From NCBI RefSeq assembly GCF_009914755.1, contig NC_060929.1: a stretch of DNA of 64,000 bases; one strand, written 5' to 3'. Both the position numbers and the translations under genes were made by a program. This document shows positions 42,262 through 56,739 of this stretch, piece after piece (the first letter of the stretch is position 1; each line of letters begins with the position of its first letter). The notes under the pieces were generated by a model. It was given only the letters and a program-made list of their open reading frames with translations. It made no database searches and had not been told where the DNA came from. The DNA comes from the human T2T-CHM13v2.0 reference genome, Homo sapiens.

Positions 42262-42340
42262 CATTGGGGACATCATAGATCACTATCGAAAAGAACAGAT
42301 TGTTGAAGGATATTATCTTAAGGAACCTGTACCAATGCAG
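42262..42340 (+). CDS. RASA1: RASA1 exon 9 (cSH2 end)
   Basis: ttttaacag|C ATT GGG GAC...CCA ATG CAG|gtcagt; 79 nt; (S)IGDIIDHYRKEQIVEGYYLKEPVPMQ. Confidence 0.97.
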
Positions 42341-43324
42341 GTCAGTGTTGCATTTCTTATTGCAATAATTAGCATTTTATTTTAAAATGCATTTTGGTGG
42401 TATGTTTTTGCACACATTTGTACAATTCAAATTGGATACAACTTAAAACTACAGATTATTTAGATTTTTTTAGAAAGTCAACTGTAAGAATCTTTTAGTT
42501 TTTATCTATGTTGATTTTAGGTAATCAGGAACAACCTAGTGGCTTTTTGAGATTAGAAGCAGTCGTGGAGGAAGGTAAGTTGCAGTAGGTCCAGGAGTGA
42601 GTTTTTTGGAGGCAAAAGTAGAGACAGCAGGGATAAACCACAGCCAGGATTATTAAAGCCTGGGGAGTAATAAAAGGAAATAAAAAATACTGATAGAAGA
42701 GGATTAGGGCAAAAAATGGTTTACACTTTTTCTTTGTTTATTTGCCTGTAGTTTTACGGTGAGAGGATTTGAGAATGTCTGTATACTCTGAGTGAAAACT
42801 GTATAGTAGTAAAGAGGAGAGTGAAGTTGTATGGGGAGATGGGTGGTGGCAATGTCTTACAGACAGGGTCCTAGACAAAAGTGAATAGAATCTAGAACAT
42901 AAAAGGAAAGATTGGCCTTGAGCAAGAGAGCCTGTTAAATGTTAGTTGCTTAACGCTTAGGGTGATTAGCTTCTGTTTCTTCCTCATTGCACTTTCTGAA
43001 GTATATGGTAGGGAAATGGTATAACAGGGGTTAGAAAAAGGTGCTTCAAAAGACGGATTAATAATTTTCCTAAGTGGAAAATGGAGGTACTGTTATTCTA
43101 GGGACATAAAGGATTATTAAGGGTTTTGGGTACCCAGCTGCAATTGTACAGTGATTTGTAGTGTGCCTAGTTTCTTGATGTTTCCTCCTAACAAATTCAT
43201 TTCACATGGCTATAGCTACTACTTATTGCAGTTAATTGGTGGGGGGTGGGGTGGGAGGTGAGGAATCATTAATCTGAAGCTAAAGATAAATTCAAGAATC
43301 ATAATCTTGTCACATTTTAACATA

Positions 43325-45972
43325 CAGGCACACTTCATTTTATTGTGCATTGCCTTATTATGTTTCAAAGATAGTTTTTTTTACAAATTGAAGGTTTGTG
43401 GCAAGAAGGACGTCTATTGCGACTGTTTTTCCAAAGCAGGTGCTCATTTGTGTCTTAGTGTCACATTTTGGTAATTCTTAAAATGTTTCAAACTTTTTCA
43501 CTATTATATGTTATGTTGATCTGTGATCAGTGATCTTTAATGTTACTATTGCAATTGTTTTGGGGTGCCATGAACTGCATCTGAAGAAGACTGCAAGCTT
43601 AATCGATAAATGTAGTGTATGTTCTGACTGCTTCATTGACTGGCTGGTTCTGTTTCTCTTCCTCTCCTTGGGGCTTCCTATTTCTGCAGACACAACACTA
43701 TTAAAATTGGGCCAATTAATAACCCTACAGTGGCCTCTAAATGGTCAAGTGAAAGGAAAAGTCACATGTCTCTCACATTAAGTCAAAAGCTAGAAATGAT
43801 TAAGCTTAGGGAGGCATGGTGAAAGCCAAAATAGGCTGAAAGCTAGGTCTCTTGCACCAAACAGCAAAGTTGTGAATGCAAAGGAAGAGTTGTTGAAGGA
43901 AATTGAAAGTGCTACTCCATTGAACACATGAATGATTAATAAAGTGAAACACCCTTATTGCTGATATAGAGAAAATTTGAGTGGTCTGGATTGAAGATTA
44001 AACCAGGGATAACATTCCCTTAAGCCAAAGCCTATCCAAAGCAAGGCCCTAACTCTCTTCTATTCTGTGAAGGCTGATAGAGGTGAGGAAGCTCCAGAAG
44101 AAAAGTTGGAAGCTACCAGAGATTGATTCATAAGATTTAAGGAAAGATGCTATCTCCATAACATAAAAGTGTACGGTGAAGCAAAGAAACTGTAGCAAGT
44201 TACCCAGAACATCTAGCTAGTTTTCCAGAAGATAACTAGCAAGTTATCCAGAAGATAAGTATTGAAGGTGCTAAACAACAGATTTTCAGTGTAAAGAAAA
44301 CATCCTTCTATCTGAAAATATTATCTAGGACTTTCATGGCAAGAGTTAATGCTTGGCTTCGAAGCTTCAAAGGTCAGGCTGACTGACTCTTTTCAGGGGC
44401 TAATGCAGCTGGTGACTTTAGGTTGAAACCAATTATCGTTGACTATTCTGAAAATCCTAGGAGCATCAGAATTATGCCAAATCTACTGTGCCTGTGCTCT
44501 GTCAATGGAACTACAAAGCCTGCATGATAGCCCATCTGTTTACAGCATGGTTTACTGAATATTTTAAGGCCACTGTTGAAACCTACTGCTCAGAACAAAC
44601 AATTCCTTTGAAAATGTTACTGATCACTGACAATGCACCTCTACAATCAAGAGCTCAGATAGAGATGTACAAGGAGATTGTTGTTTTCATGCCAGCTAAC
44701 ACAGCTTATATTCTGCAGCCCATGGATCAAGGAGTAATTTTGACTTTCAAATCCTTAGTTAAGAAATAATTTCATAATGTTATGTTTGCAAAAAATAGTG
44801 ACTTATGGATCTGGGCAAGGTACATTGAAAACCCTTTGGAAAGGATTTATCATTCTAGAGGCCATTAAGAACATTTGTGATTCATGGGCAGAGGCCAAAA
44901 TAACAACATTAACAGAAGTTTGGAAGAAGCTGATTCCAACTCTTTTGGATAACTTTGAGGGGCTCAAGACTACAAGATGACTTTGAGGAGGAGGTAGCTG
45001 CAGATGTGGTACAAGTAGCAGGAGAACTAAATTTGGAAGTGGAGCTTGAAGATGTGACTGAATTACTCCACTTTTGTGATGAAACTGGAGCGAAAGAGGA
45101 GTTGCTTGTTACGGATGAGAAAAGAAAGTGGTCTCTTGAGATAGAATCTACTCCTGTGAAGATCCTGTGATCGCTACTGAAATGAAAACAAATAATTTAG
45201 AATATTCTATAAACTTAACTTGATAAAGCAGCAAGAGGGTTTGGGAGGAATGCTTCCAGTTTTGAAAGAAGTTCAACTGTGGGTAAAATGGTATCAAACA
45301 GCATTATAGGGAATTTCTTTTGTGAAAGAAGAGTCAATTGATGCAGCAGACTTCATTTTTAAGAAATTGCCACAACCACCCCAACCTTTGGCAACCACTG
45401 CCCTAATCACTTAGCAGACATCAGTATCAAGGCAAGACCCTTCACCAGCGTAAAGATTATGACTCACTGACGTCCTAGATGATTGTTATTTTTTTTTTTT
45501 TTTCTCCCTCCGGAGTCAGGGTCTTGCGCTGTGGCTGAGGCTGGAGTACAGTGGTTCAACTGTAGCTCACTGCAACCTTGAGCTCCTGGGCTCAAGCAAT
45601 CCTCCTGCCTCAGGCTCCCCAGTAGCTAGGACTGCAGGTGTACACCACCGTGCCTAGCTAATATTTTTTGTAGAGATAGAGTCTTGCTCTGTTGCCCAGG
45701 CTAGTCTTGAATTCCAAGGCAGAAGCCTTGGTCTCCCAAAATGCTGGGATTACAGTTGTGAGCCACTTTGGTTGCCCCAACAGTTTTTAGTAATAAAATA
45801 TTTTTAAATTAACACGTGTACATTGTTAGACATAATGCTATTACACACTTAGTAGACTACAGTATAGTTGTAAACATAACTTATACGTGCACTGCGAAAC
45901 CAAAAAATTCACATGGCTGGCTTTATTGTGGTGGTCTGGAGCCAAATCTGAAATACCTCCAAGGTATGCCTA
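43325..45972 (+). mobile_element. Near full-length Tigger1 (pogo-family) transposon with disrupted transposase
   Basis: TA|CAGGCACAC...GGTATGCCTA|TA termini; ORF fragments 44488-45170 with [18 protein letters not shown] and VWKKLIP motifs; multiple stops and frameshifts. Confidence 0.93.
45489..45778 (-). mobile_element. Alu (AluJ-like) inserted in Tigger1
   Basis: Poly-T, ggctggagtacagtgg...gctgggattacagttgtgagccac. Confidence 0.9.
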
Positions 45973-46602
45973 TATTTTCCTTCATTCCCGCATGCTTTCC
46001 TAGTAGAATTTAAGGTCTATGAGAACAGAGATTTTTGTTTGCATTGTTTTTTCCCAGTGCTTAGAACAGTACCTGACATTAGATATTCAATAAATATTGA
46101 TTGAATGAATGATTCTCTGCTTTCCAGCAAGAAATACCTACTTTACCCTTGCCTGTATTGTTACTAAGGTCTTACACTTTAATGTGCTCCTTCCTATCAC
46201 CATGTCAGTCTTCCTCTCTGCCTATCTAAATACTATTTTAACATCCATCTTGTTTCACTTTTTGAGTAATTTTTTTTTTATTACCGCAGAGTAATTGGAA
46301 GAGAAGTTAGCCAGAACATATAACATACACACACATATATAAATATATATATGTTTTATATATGTGTATTTTTTAAATAACATGGGTGAGTGCTTTTTAG
46401 ACCATGGCTAGGATCTTTTTTCAGGATCAGAGGTGCCTTTGCCTCCAGATGACGGATCCTGCCATATAGTTCCATTGCTGTATCCTCAATTCTAATTCCC
46501 CTTGGCTCTTTGAGTTAGTGATTTTAATTTTATTTGACCCCAAATTAAATCATACATTTCCCCATACTGAATTTGTACTTAGAATTTTCTAATTTAAGTT
46601 TT

Positions 46603-46841
<239 letters not shown>

Positions 46842-47544
46842 CTAATAAACTTGCAGTATGTGTTATAAGACTGCTTTAAGAATTACTTGAGATATGTAAT
46901 GTGCCTTGCTCTTGTGTTAGTTTTATAACTGAACAAACCTCCAATTGGTTTTGCAGAAGTGCCTATAATGCTTTGAATACTTCAGAAATAATTGATGCTG
47001 ATTATAAAGCAATTTGATTGATTGCTACACAGAAACTATTAAGTGCTATTTGTAGTCTATTATTTTGGAGCATGGGGTGATGAAAAGTTGGTTTTAGTAG
47101 AAGTTTGGGGAATAATAAAACTCACTCATTCTTCAAGCAGGGTTTTAACTATTAGTACAAAAGCAATACTATCTTTTTACTAATCGCCAAATTGATTAGT
47201 TAGCAAATCACCTCATCTTCCAATGAGGTGACCCTGTGTACCCACACTCAGGCTAAGATGCTGGCAAAGGCTAAGAAACAGCAGAGTCCTAGCTAGCTTT
47301 GCTTACTTCCTGGAACTGTTAACACTTTTTGAGGCAAGCATTAGACAAAAAGGGTCCTTTTGAGACAATATACCCCATAATAAAAATGCCTTACATTTTT
47401 GAGCACTATATTTTAAGCACTGTTTTTTATACATATTCATTCATTTAATTTTCTCAACAACTTTACCAAGGTGACACTACAATGATGCCTATTTCAAAGA
47501 TAAGGCAACTGAGAGCTGAGAGGTTAATAACTTAAATCATCCTC

Positions 47545-48270
47545 AATTCTTCTCTTTTTTTCTTCCTGTACTTTATATCTAACCTGTCAGGAAGATCATA
47601 CTGACTCTGTCTTCAAAGTATGTCTAGAATATGACCACCACCAGAATCTGCCTTCATCTCCTAGTTTCTAGCTTTGTCCCCTTATGCTGCATGCTGCGCA
47701 GCAGTCACTGGGATCCATTTAAAATGTCAGATCGTGTTACTCCTCTGTTTTAATACTTGAAAATGTTCTCCATTTCTTTCAGAATAAAAGCCAAAGTCCT
47801 TAGAATGGCATACAAGACCCAACAGTGGCAGTCCATTAATTTTCTGAACTCGTCTCTTCCTACTATCCTCCTGCCACTCTTTTTCACTCATACTTGCTTC
47901 TGTATTATTATTTGTAAATAAGCCAGACTCTTTCCTTCCTTAGGATCTTTGCTGTAGCTGTTCACTGTGTCCAAAATTGTTTTCTCTTGGATATCCACTA
48001 GCCTCACTCTTACATCTTTCAAGTTTTTGCTCAAAATTTAGCAAATTAGCAAATGACACTTACCTAGACACCTTAATTAACACTGCAACTTGCTCAACCT
48101 TGCGGAGCACTTACCTTCTAACATGTAGTACAATTTATTTATTTATGTTTATTTTTAATCTTTCCCTGGTTAGAATACAAGTTCCATGAGGATAGGGGTC
48201 TTTGATTTGTTCACTGATGTATCTCAAGAACTACAACAGTGCCTGAGACTCAACATTTATTGAATTAATA
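47545..48270 (+). mobile_element. L2 LINE 3' fragment
   Basis: cagaataaaagccaaagtcctt, ttgttcactgatgtatc, tcaacatttattgaat; boundaries approximate. Confidence 0.75.
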
Positions 48271-48764
48271 TATTAAATGGCGTTTTCCTACATTAAGTGA
48301 CAAAGCTAGGATCTGCAAGTTAAGTCTGTCTTCAGGAGCTTACACATGTAACTTCTAGGGAAGAGCTTGGTTCAATGGCTGTTAGACTCTAACCAATCAG
48401 ATTACTGAATTTCCCTTGGGAGGAATGTAAAAAATCTAAGAACTATCTCTCAGGCTGAGAAAAGGAACACGTAGAGAAGCCTTTCTCCTCTCATTGACTA
48501 GGACTTGAAAAGTGATGTTGTGTTTTTGCCCATAGCATCTTCTAGTGTATTGGAATCTTTTAGGATTTGTGGGCTAGTCCCCACTTTAATATGATTTTTA
48601 AAAGATCTATATAGATTCCAAGATCTATATAAAATCTTGGAATCAAGTATTTAAATCCAAATATTAGTGTGGTTACATGTCTTAAATGACAGACTCCAAG
48701 AATGTTCCATTCTGCAGCTAATACTAAGTGCCATCACCATTGAACTAAAGATTTGATAAATACA

Positions 48765-50095
<1,331 letters not shown>

Positions 50096-50194
50096 ATGCC
50101 GCAATACTTTGCAACACAGTTACACACACACATACACACACACCCAGAGTGATGCAGTAGAGATTATTTATTTCAGTTATATCATCCTCTAGGC

Positions 50195-50389
50195 CAGCGG
50201 TTGGCAAAAGTTTTCTGTAAAGGGTTTTGCAGTTCATTTAGTGTGTCCACCAAAGTCTGTCTTTTTATCTGGAAGCAACCACAGACAGCATGTTAGGGAA
50301 TGAGCATGGCTGTGTTCCAGTAAAACTTTATGTATAAAAAACAGGTGGTGGACTGGATTTAGCATGCGTGCCACAGTTTGTCAGCCCTG
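50195..50389. mobile_element. MER58A-like hAT MITE
   Basis: CAGCGGTTGGCAAA...TTTGTCAGCCCTG TIRs; gcatggctgtgttccagtaaaacttta; TSD-like ctctaggc/ctgtaagc. Confidence 0.85.
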
Positions 50390-51654
50390 CTGTAAGCAAT
50401 TCATTCTTCTATTTTCTTATTATTTTAGTAATTTTGTAGCATTAACTTGGGAATAATTCTGAGTAATGATGAAATAGTTCCTAGGATGATGAAACAGCAT
50501 AATGTTTCAAGATAGAGGATTATGAAAATCCCACAGCATAACTTAGATTTATAAGAGGATTGAATGGATCCATGAAGTTTGTAAGATGGACTAAAAGTCA
50601 TAAAATATGAATCCTTGCAAAATAGTAAGAACTACTCAAAAAGGAAACCAAAAAACTAAAACTGAGTCCAATTGACCTTAATAGTAAAATTGAAGATTCA
50701 TTTATTCTGGAAAGATCATGATAAAGGCATCCTGATATAATTCTTTTCCTCAGGAGATTTAGCAATTAATGTAAGTTCTGCTATAATGTAACATATGCAT
50801 TCCTAAAAATCATAGCATTATGCAAAATTAGGCAATCAAAACCACAGGGCTTTTGAGAAAAGTGAGGTTAGGGGTGTTAACACTTAGAAATTTCATCAGG
50901 GATACATTAAGAAAGAACCTAATATAAATATGTTGCTTAGTTTTATACATTTTTTTTTAAGAAATATGTACATCCTACAATAAATATGGCAATTTACCTT
51001 GAAAAAAGAGGTACATTACATGAGGAAATGGCCATTGGTAGAGTTGAAGCATGGGAATGTTGCAGAGTGGCAGAGGAGGATTATCTGAAATCATGGTTAT
51101 AACACCAGCTGTGGATGGATGGGTGTGGCATGTGACACACTTAGTGGATTGAGGGAACTGTTAGGTATTTGAAGTGTGTATGTTTTGTTCATTCTCATGT
51201 CTTAGTTCACCTGGTACGGTTGTCTGTATTCACCTAGCATTTCTCACAGACACAATTGTGCATAGGCAAACATGAATTTGCTTTATGCTTACATTGGTTC
51301 CTAATCTACCAGTTATGCTGGGACAAGTTTATGTTTTTAAAACATGATTTGCTGTAAAATATAACTGACTGTATTCGAAAATAGCTTATTAGGTATCCAT
51401 GGAAACAGACAACTTATTAGTTGTTCTTGGGATTGGCAAGGAAACCTTTCTGTGAACTTTGTTGTCGGTGTTCTTCGAAATTATAAGGAAGCATTTCTGA
51501 GAATTTCTTTGGAAAGCAAAAGATCATTTATGTGTTATGTGTATCTAGATTTTAGTATTTTAAGCGCTTTGGCTTTTAATTGGTACTTTTATAGATTTTT
51601 ACTTCATTTCCATCAAGAATGTATGAAATAATTTTAATGTTTTTTAAAATTCAG

Positions 51655-51775
51655 GATCAAGAACAAGTACTCAATGACACAGTGGATGGCAAGGAAATCT
51701 ATAATACCATCCGTCGTAAAACAAAGGATGCCTTTTATAAAAACATTGTTAAGAAAGGTTATCTTCTGAAAAAGG
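51655..51775 (+). CDS. RASA1: RASA1 exon 10 (linker and PH start; DTVD/G caspase site, Y460)
   Basis: aattcag|GAT CAA GAA...AAA AAG G|gtaagt; 121 nt; DQEQVLNDTVDGKEIYNTIRRKTKDAFYKNIVKKGYLLKK (inside ORF 51619..51822). Confidence 0.98.
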
Positions 51776-52451
51776 GTAAGTTCAGACTTTTATCATTAAC
51801 CCATTTGATAGAGACGTTGTAAATATGGAGCTCCGAACTTATTGTGATATATATTTAATAAGTTTTGACATGAGTTATTAGTAATTGACACTTGTTTAGA
51901 GCCCATATATAAGCATTCTTCAAAATTTAGAGTGTAGGTATATTAAAAGTCTACATTTTCAACCAGAATGTTTCTTCTACCCATGGTTTCTTTTTTTCTT
52001 TCTTTCTTTCTTTTTTTTTTTTGAGGAACTCCTTATGGCACATGGCACATTCATAATATTGATATTTTACAGATTTACCTCAATTTGACATAACGACATT
52101 TTGGGGAATTGTGGGTGGGGGTGTGCTTTATAAAGTGGAAGAATTTTTTCCTTAAGACTGTTAAAGAATTATTCCAAAACAAGAATTCTGACAATTTCAT
52201 CATGATGAAATCTCTGAAGATATAGTTAAGGTATTCTCAGCATTTACTCTGTGATTAAAACAAGTAATATAACAAAAGGCATTTTTGTACAGATTTGTTA
52301 TAGGCATTTTCTCATTATGTAAGAATTGGCATATTACATAAGCTTTGGAATAAAAATTGATTGATTCATATTTTTAGAAACACTAATTTTAATAATATGT
52401 AGGATTTCACAATTGTTTGGCTAAGAGAAAACAATTTTTTTTTTTAAACAG

Positions 52452-52608
52452 GCAAAGGAAAACGTTGGAAAAATTTATATTTTATCTTAGAGGGTAGTGA
52501 TGCCCAACTTATTTATTTTGAAAGCGAAAAACGAGCTACCAAACCAAAAGGATTAATAGATCTCAGTGTATGTTCTGTCTATGTCGTTCATGATAGTCTC
52601 TTTGGCAG
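52452..52608 (+). CDS. RASA1: RASA1 exon 11 (PH domain)
   Basis: poly-T aaacag|GC AAA GGA AAA CGT TGG...TTT GGC AG|gtaaga; 157 nt; (G)KGKRWKNLYFILEGSDAQLIYFESEKRATKPKGLIDLSVCSVYVVHDSLFG. Confidence 0.98.
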
Positions 52609-54253
52609 GTAAGAGACTGGTTTCCTATTTTTCTTTCGGAATTGTCTTAATAATAAAATAGTACAAACAAAGCAAACCAATTTTGAGAGCCCTAAAATCA
52701 TCTTCTAAAAGTAGCAGATGCACTTTCTAGGTAATTTTTGCCTTCCTTGCTTAATTGTAGACTAATATATACATAAAGTCTACTTCATTGTGTTGCACAG
52801 AAATCTTTGGCATGACATTTCCTGTAGTAAAGCATGTTTTGTCCCTGCCCCAACAAGCAATCTTTTGAGTGACTTACTTTGAGTCTTTGTCACCTTTCCT
52901 CTGATTTTTTCACATGGTTTAACTCAGTGTACCCAAGAGTACTAGGTGCACTCAATTCTGCTATTAACTCTATAAGCAAGTTCTTAAGAAAGTTAATGTT
53001 AAAAAATAATCTTAAAATTGTCTTGATAGGAAAAATGTATTTGAAATTAAAAAAAATTCTTATGTTGACTTCTTGGTTTTGAAACAATGAATATAAATGT
53101 ATAAGCTGAATCCTAAACATCAGAAGACAAATCCAGCTCTTGATTACATCTAGATTTTTTTCTCAAGAACAATGGCCTTTACCTTTCACCATTAGTATTA
53201 TCAGTAATCCATCCCAGTCTTTTTAGATGTACTTACCATTTTTATTACCTATTGTTATGATTAGTAAGAGAAAAGACAGTTAAATGTTTCAACAGCTTGT
53301 TTTTCTGCCGCAGGATGGCATTTCTGTGAGGCAAATCTACGTTTTATCCTGTTGAAATATTTCTCTTCTTTAAGAGAAATACCTGTAAAATATATAGCCT
53401 TGTCATTTCTTTTTTCAGTGTGTTTAGGAGATCACATTAGTGTTACTTGTGATTTTGACAGTTTTTTAAAATGATCAAATAGGTTTGGGAAATGCTGATT
53501 GAACAAATAGTTTTACTTATAGCAAGGCTTTTTGTAGCTTTAGCTAGTGTTTATATTGTGAATCTGTAAAATAGTATGAATTACTTCATAAATTCATTTT
53601 ACGAAGATACCCTTTTTTTTCCCCTGAATACTCACTGATACCTCATAAAGAGTTGTTCCAAAAAACACAAAGATTGCGTGAGGACAGGATTTCTTGAGAT
53701 TTTTCTGCCCCTCTTTAACAACCTGAGAATCTTAACCTTCAAATGTGGTTGATTCAGGCCTCTGTCTTTTCTTTTTAGTTCTACTCTGCACCCTTCTTGT
53801 GGGTTGAATCCTTCCTCAAACCAGTTCCCTACATGGTAGCAAGGTAGCAAACAGCACCAGAGAAAGGGCTGTAAGCATTCACTCCCATAATTATTAAAAA
53901 ATCTTGAAAACATTCTGTTGAGCCACCTCTCAACCAATTTTTAGTTCTGGGTTACTGAGGTAGCAAAAGGAATGGGATTATCCTGATAGAATGAGGAGAC
54001 CCTTTTGTGCCTAGATCTGTTGCTGGAAATGATCTCACCCAAATAGTGAGGCTGCTCTACTTACCATATGTATGGGTGAAATGGATGTTGGAGAGGCAAC
54101 ACTATTCACTACTAAATGTAGTTTATTATCGTGAAAACAGTTAAAAACAGTAAAAGTAGAATATTTTGGGAACAATTTTATTGAGATCAGTAATATGAAA
54201 TAGGTGGCTCTTGATTCTTGGAGGATGGGTATGAATTCAGTTGGATAGTTGAG

Positions 54254-55760
54254 CAGAGCTTCCTAACCAGTGTTCCATTAATCAGTATAGGTGTCCGCTG
54301 AGATACTAGTGGTTGTAAAATCCTATTGTAGTAGAGATATATAACAAATGTTTTATATTTCAAAAATTATAACACTCGAAATCATATGATCCCTGTATAA
54401 ACTGTTCTAATTCATTATTTTATTGGGGCAAAAGAATTGATGCATAACACTTGGAGACAGAGAGCTCTTTATAGTGGCTATACCTCAGTACTTCCTACTT
54501 TCTTGTTCAATCATCCAGGTACTCTGAATATTACTTTATTCACAGCTTCATTATGAAGCTACCTTTTATGTTCAAGCAGAAATGTCTCATTTTGTTTCTT
54601 ACCTTTTTTCGATTAACAGAGAAGTTAAAATTGTTTTAATTATCGTAAAATATATAAGGAGGTTCTTGAAAAGAACATAATGAATTTGATATATTTTTCA
54701 TTTTTACTACTTTATAATTAGCCTTAATGTACAGATGTTAATTTTTCCCACCATAAGGGCAATTTAGTGACTAACACTGGAAAGTCATTAGACTCATAAG
54801 ATAAAAAATAATTTTAAAAAAATGTAACTCACTTACTAGGACCTGAAAGAAATACATTTAATTGCTAAATTTTTTTTTAATACTTTGAAACAAAGAAGGT
54901 CCTATGGAAATGCTAGTTAAGTTTATGACTGATGATGAGGCTTCACGATAGGAACATTTAAAGATTTTATGTCAAGATTATATATATGTTTGTCTGTAGA
55001 CCTGAATTCCATATTAAATAATATAATGAAATGGAGGCTGTAATAAAATCTAAGCTGCTTCAGTTGCATGTGTTTTCAGTTTTAGGTGAGAAATGGAATC
55101 AAAATACCTACTGTTGGATGCTGAAGTATGTTACCTGTCCAAAAGAAAAGTTTTGATAAAAGTTTATGATTATAGGAGAAAAACTTTTGGTGAATGATTC
55201 TCATTTTGCAGATTTACTGAAGAATCAGTAAACTTCGTCAAATTATATGTACAATACAAAAAGATATGTGTCTTGACAGTTTATGGATTTAAGGCAGAAA
55301 TTCAACCTTGGAAAAATGAGGTTAAAAATGATTCACTAATGATACTTACAACTGCAATTAGATGAATCTTAAGGAAGTATTAAGATGAATATTGCAATAT
55401 CTGTAAGATTGAAGAAAAGCTTTAGCATTATTTTGATATAGTTTATATGAACAGATGCAGTTAGATTGGAAGTCTGTTGGCACAATCAAAAGAAAGGTCC
55501 ACATTACACTTGATGGTAAAAGAGAAAGAATTGCCAGAGTAAAAAGAAGGATCAGATCCTTGAAGCACAAGTTGAAGATTGTGAATGATTCCTATTCTGG
55601 TTAGTAACAAGAAAGGAGTTTCTGTCTGGTAGGGGGAAAGCAATAAATATACATTTACCACTTGCTGTAAGGTTGTAGCTTGCTTCTTGTACAGTTTCTT
55701 GTTGAAGGTGACTTAAAGAATTTGAAGACATTAGAAAAAGTCTTTGTAATGAATTATATT
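54254..55760 (+). mobile_element. Possible old hAT-Charlie transposase fossil
   Basis: cagagcttcctaacc TIR-like start; LQLQLDES..NIA-like translation near 55346-55400; very degenerate. Confidence 0.4.
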
Positions 55761-55852
55761 TAATGATACCAGGTCTGAAACCTAGTATGAAAAAGTTATG
55801 TTCATGAGAACTAAACTCAAGTCTCTCATTTAGAAAACAGATTTTTCTTTTA

Positions 55853-56165
55853 AGACTGGGCGCAGTGGCTCACGCCTGTAATCCCAGCACTTCGGGAGCC
55901 CAAGGTGGGCTGATCGCTTAAGCTCAGGGGTTGGAGACCAGCCTGGGCCTACATGGCAAACCCCGTCTCTTTAAAAAATTAAAAAATTAGCCAGGTGTGG
56001 TGATGCACACCTGTGGTCCTACCTACTCAGGAGAGTGAGGTATGAGGATTGTCTGAGCCCAGGCTCACAACTGCCAGGATGTTGCAGTGAGCTGACTGTA
56101 CCACTACACCCATGGCAGAGTGAGGCCCGGTCTCAAACAAAACTAAACCAAAAACAACAACAAAA
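55853..56165 (+). mobile_element. Alu (AluJ-like)
   Basis: gggcgcagtggctcacgcctgtaatcccagcac; degenerate right arm; A/C tail. Confidence 0.9.
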
Positions 56166-56739
56166 ATTTTTTTTTCAAAGTATGCTACTTTATTATTAAC
56201 TATTTTTTTTAAAGTGCCTTCCTGTGAAATAGAGAAGCACTTAGTGAGAAAGACTGAATGCCAAGGCAAATAGCATTAACAAAGTACATTTCAAGGAAAT
56301 GAGAAGACATCTGTACCATATAATAGGACAAGTAGAAAAATAGGTTGATAAATTATGTATTACCATAGGATGCAAATACCAGAGGACAAAAGGGGAAATT
56401 ATAAATGAATGTTAATATCTTTTTCTTTATTATCAAATTAATGCCAGGCATTGAACATTTCCTGCTTTGTGTACACATAGAACCTGATATGCTGACCTTT
56501 AGCATTTAGAAGAAGACTAATGTGAAAGTTAACAGCCACCTTGTGCAGTAGGTGATTAGTGCGCATGCTCAGCCTGATGCTGAACGAATGTTGGATGGCA
56601 ATGCTGTTTTCTTGCATGGCTTTAGTTGCACAGCTGTGCAATTTTTCCAGATTATTTTCAATATTAAGAGATCTCTAAGCACTCCATTTCCTTGTATTAA
56701 ACTTCTAACTTTTAATACTGCATTACTTAGAAAGATGTC

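Noticed and set aside
43238-43263. G-rich run ggtggggggtggggtgggagg as a G-quadruplex
   Set aside because: Only three separate runs of three or more G; no supporting context
44488-45170. Transposase-like ORFs as a possible domesticated TIGD gene
   Set aside because: Split across frames by stops and frameshifts within an ordinary Tigger1 copy
55212-55365. About 50 open codons after a cattttgcag acceptor, in frame with exon 11
   Set aside because: Lies in a probable hAT fossil, has no convincing donor and no RasGAP-like sequence; could be chance
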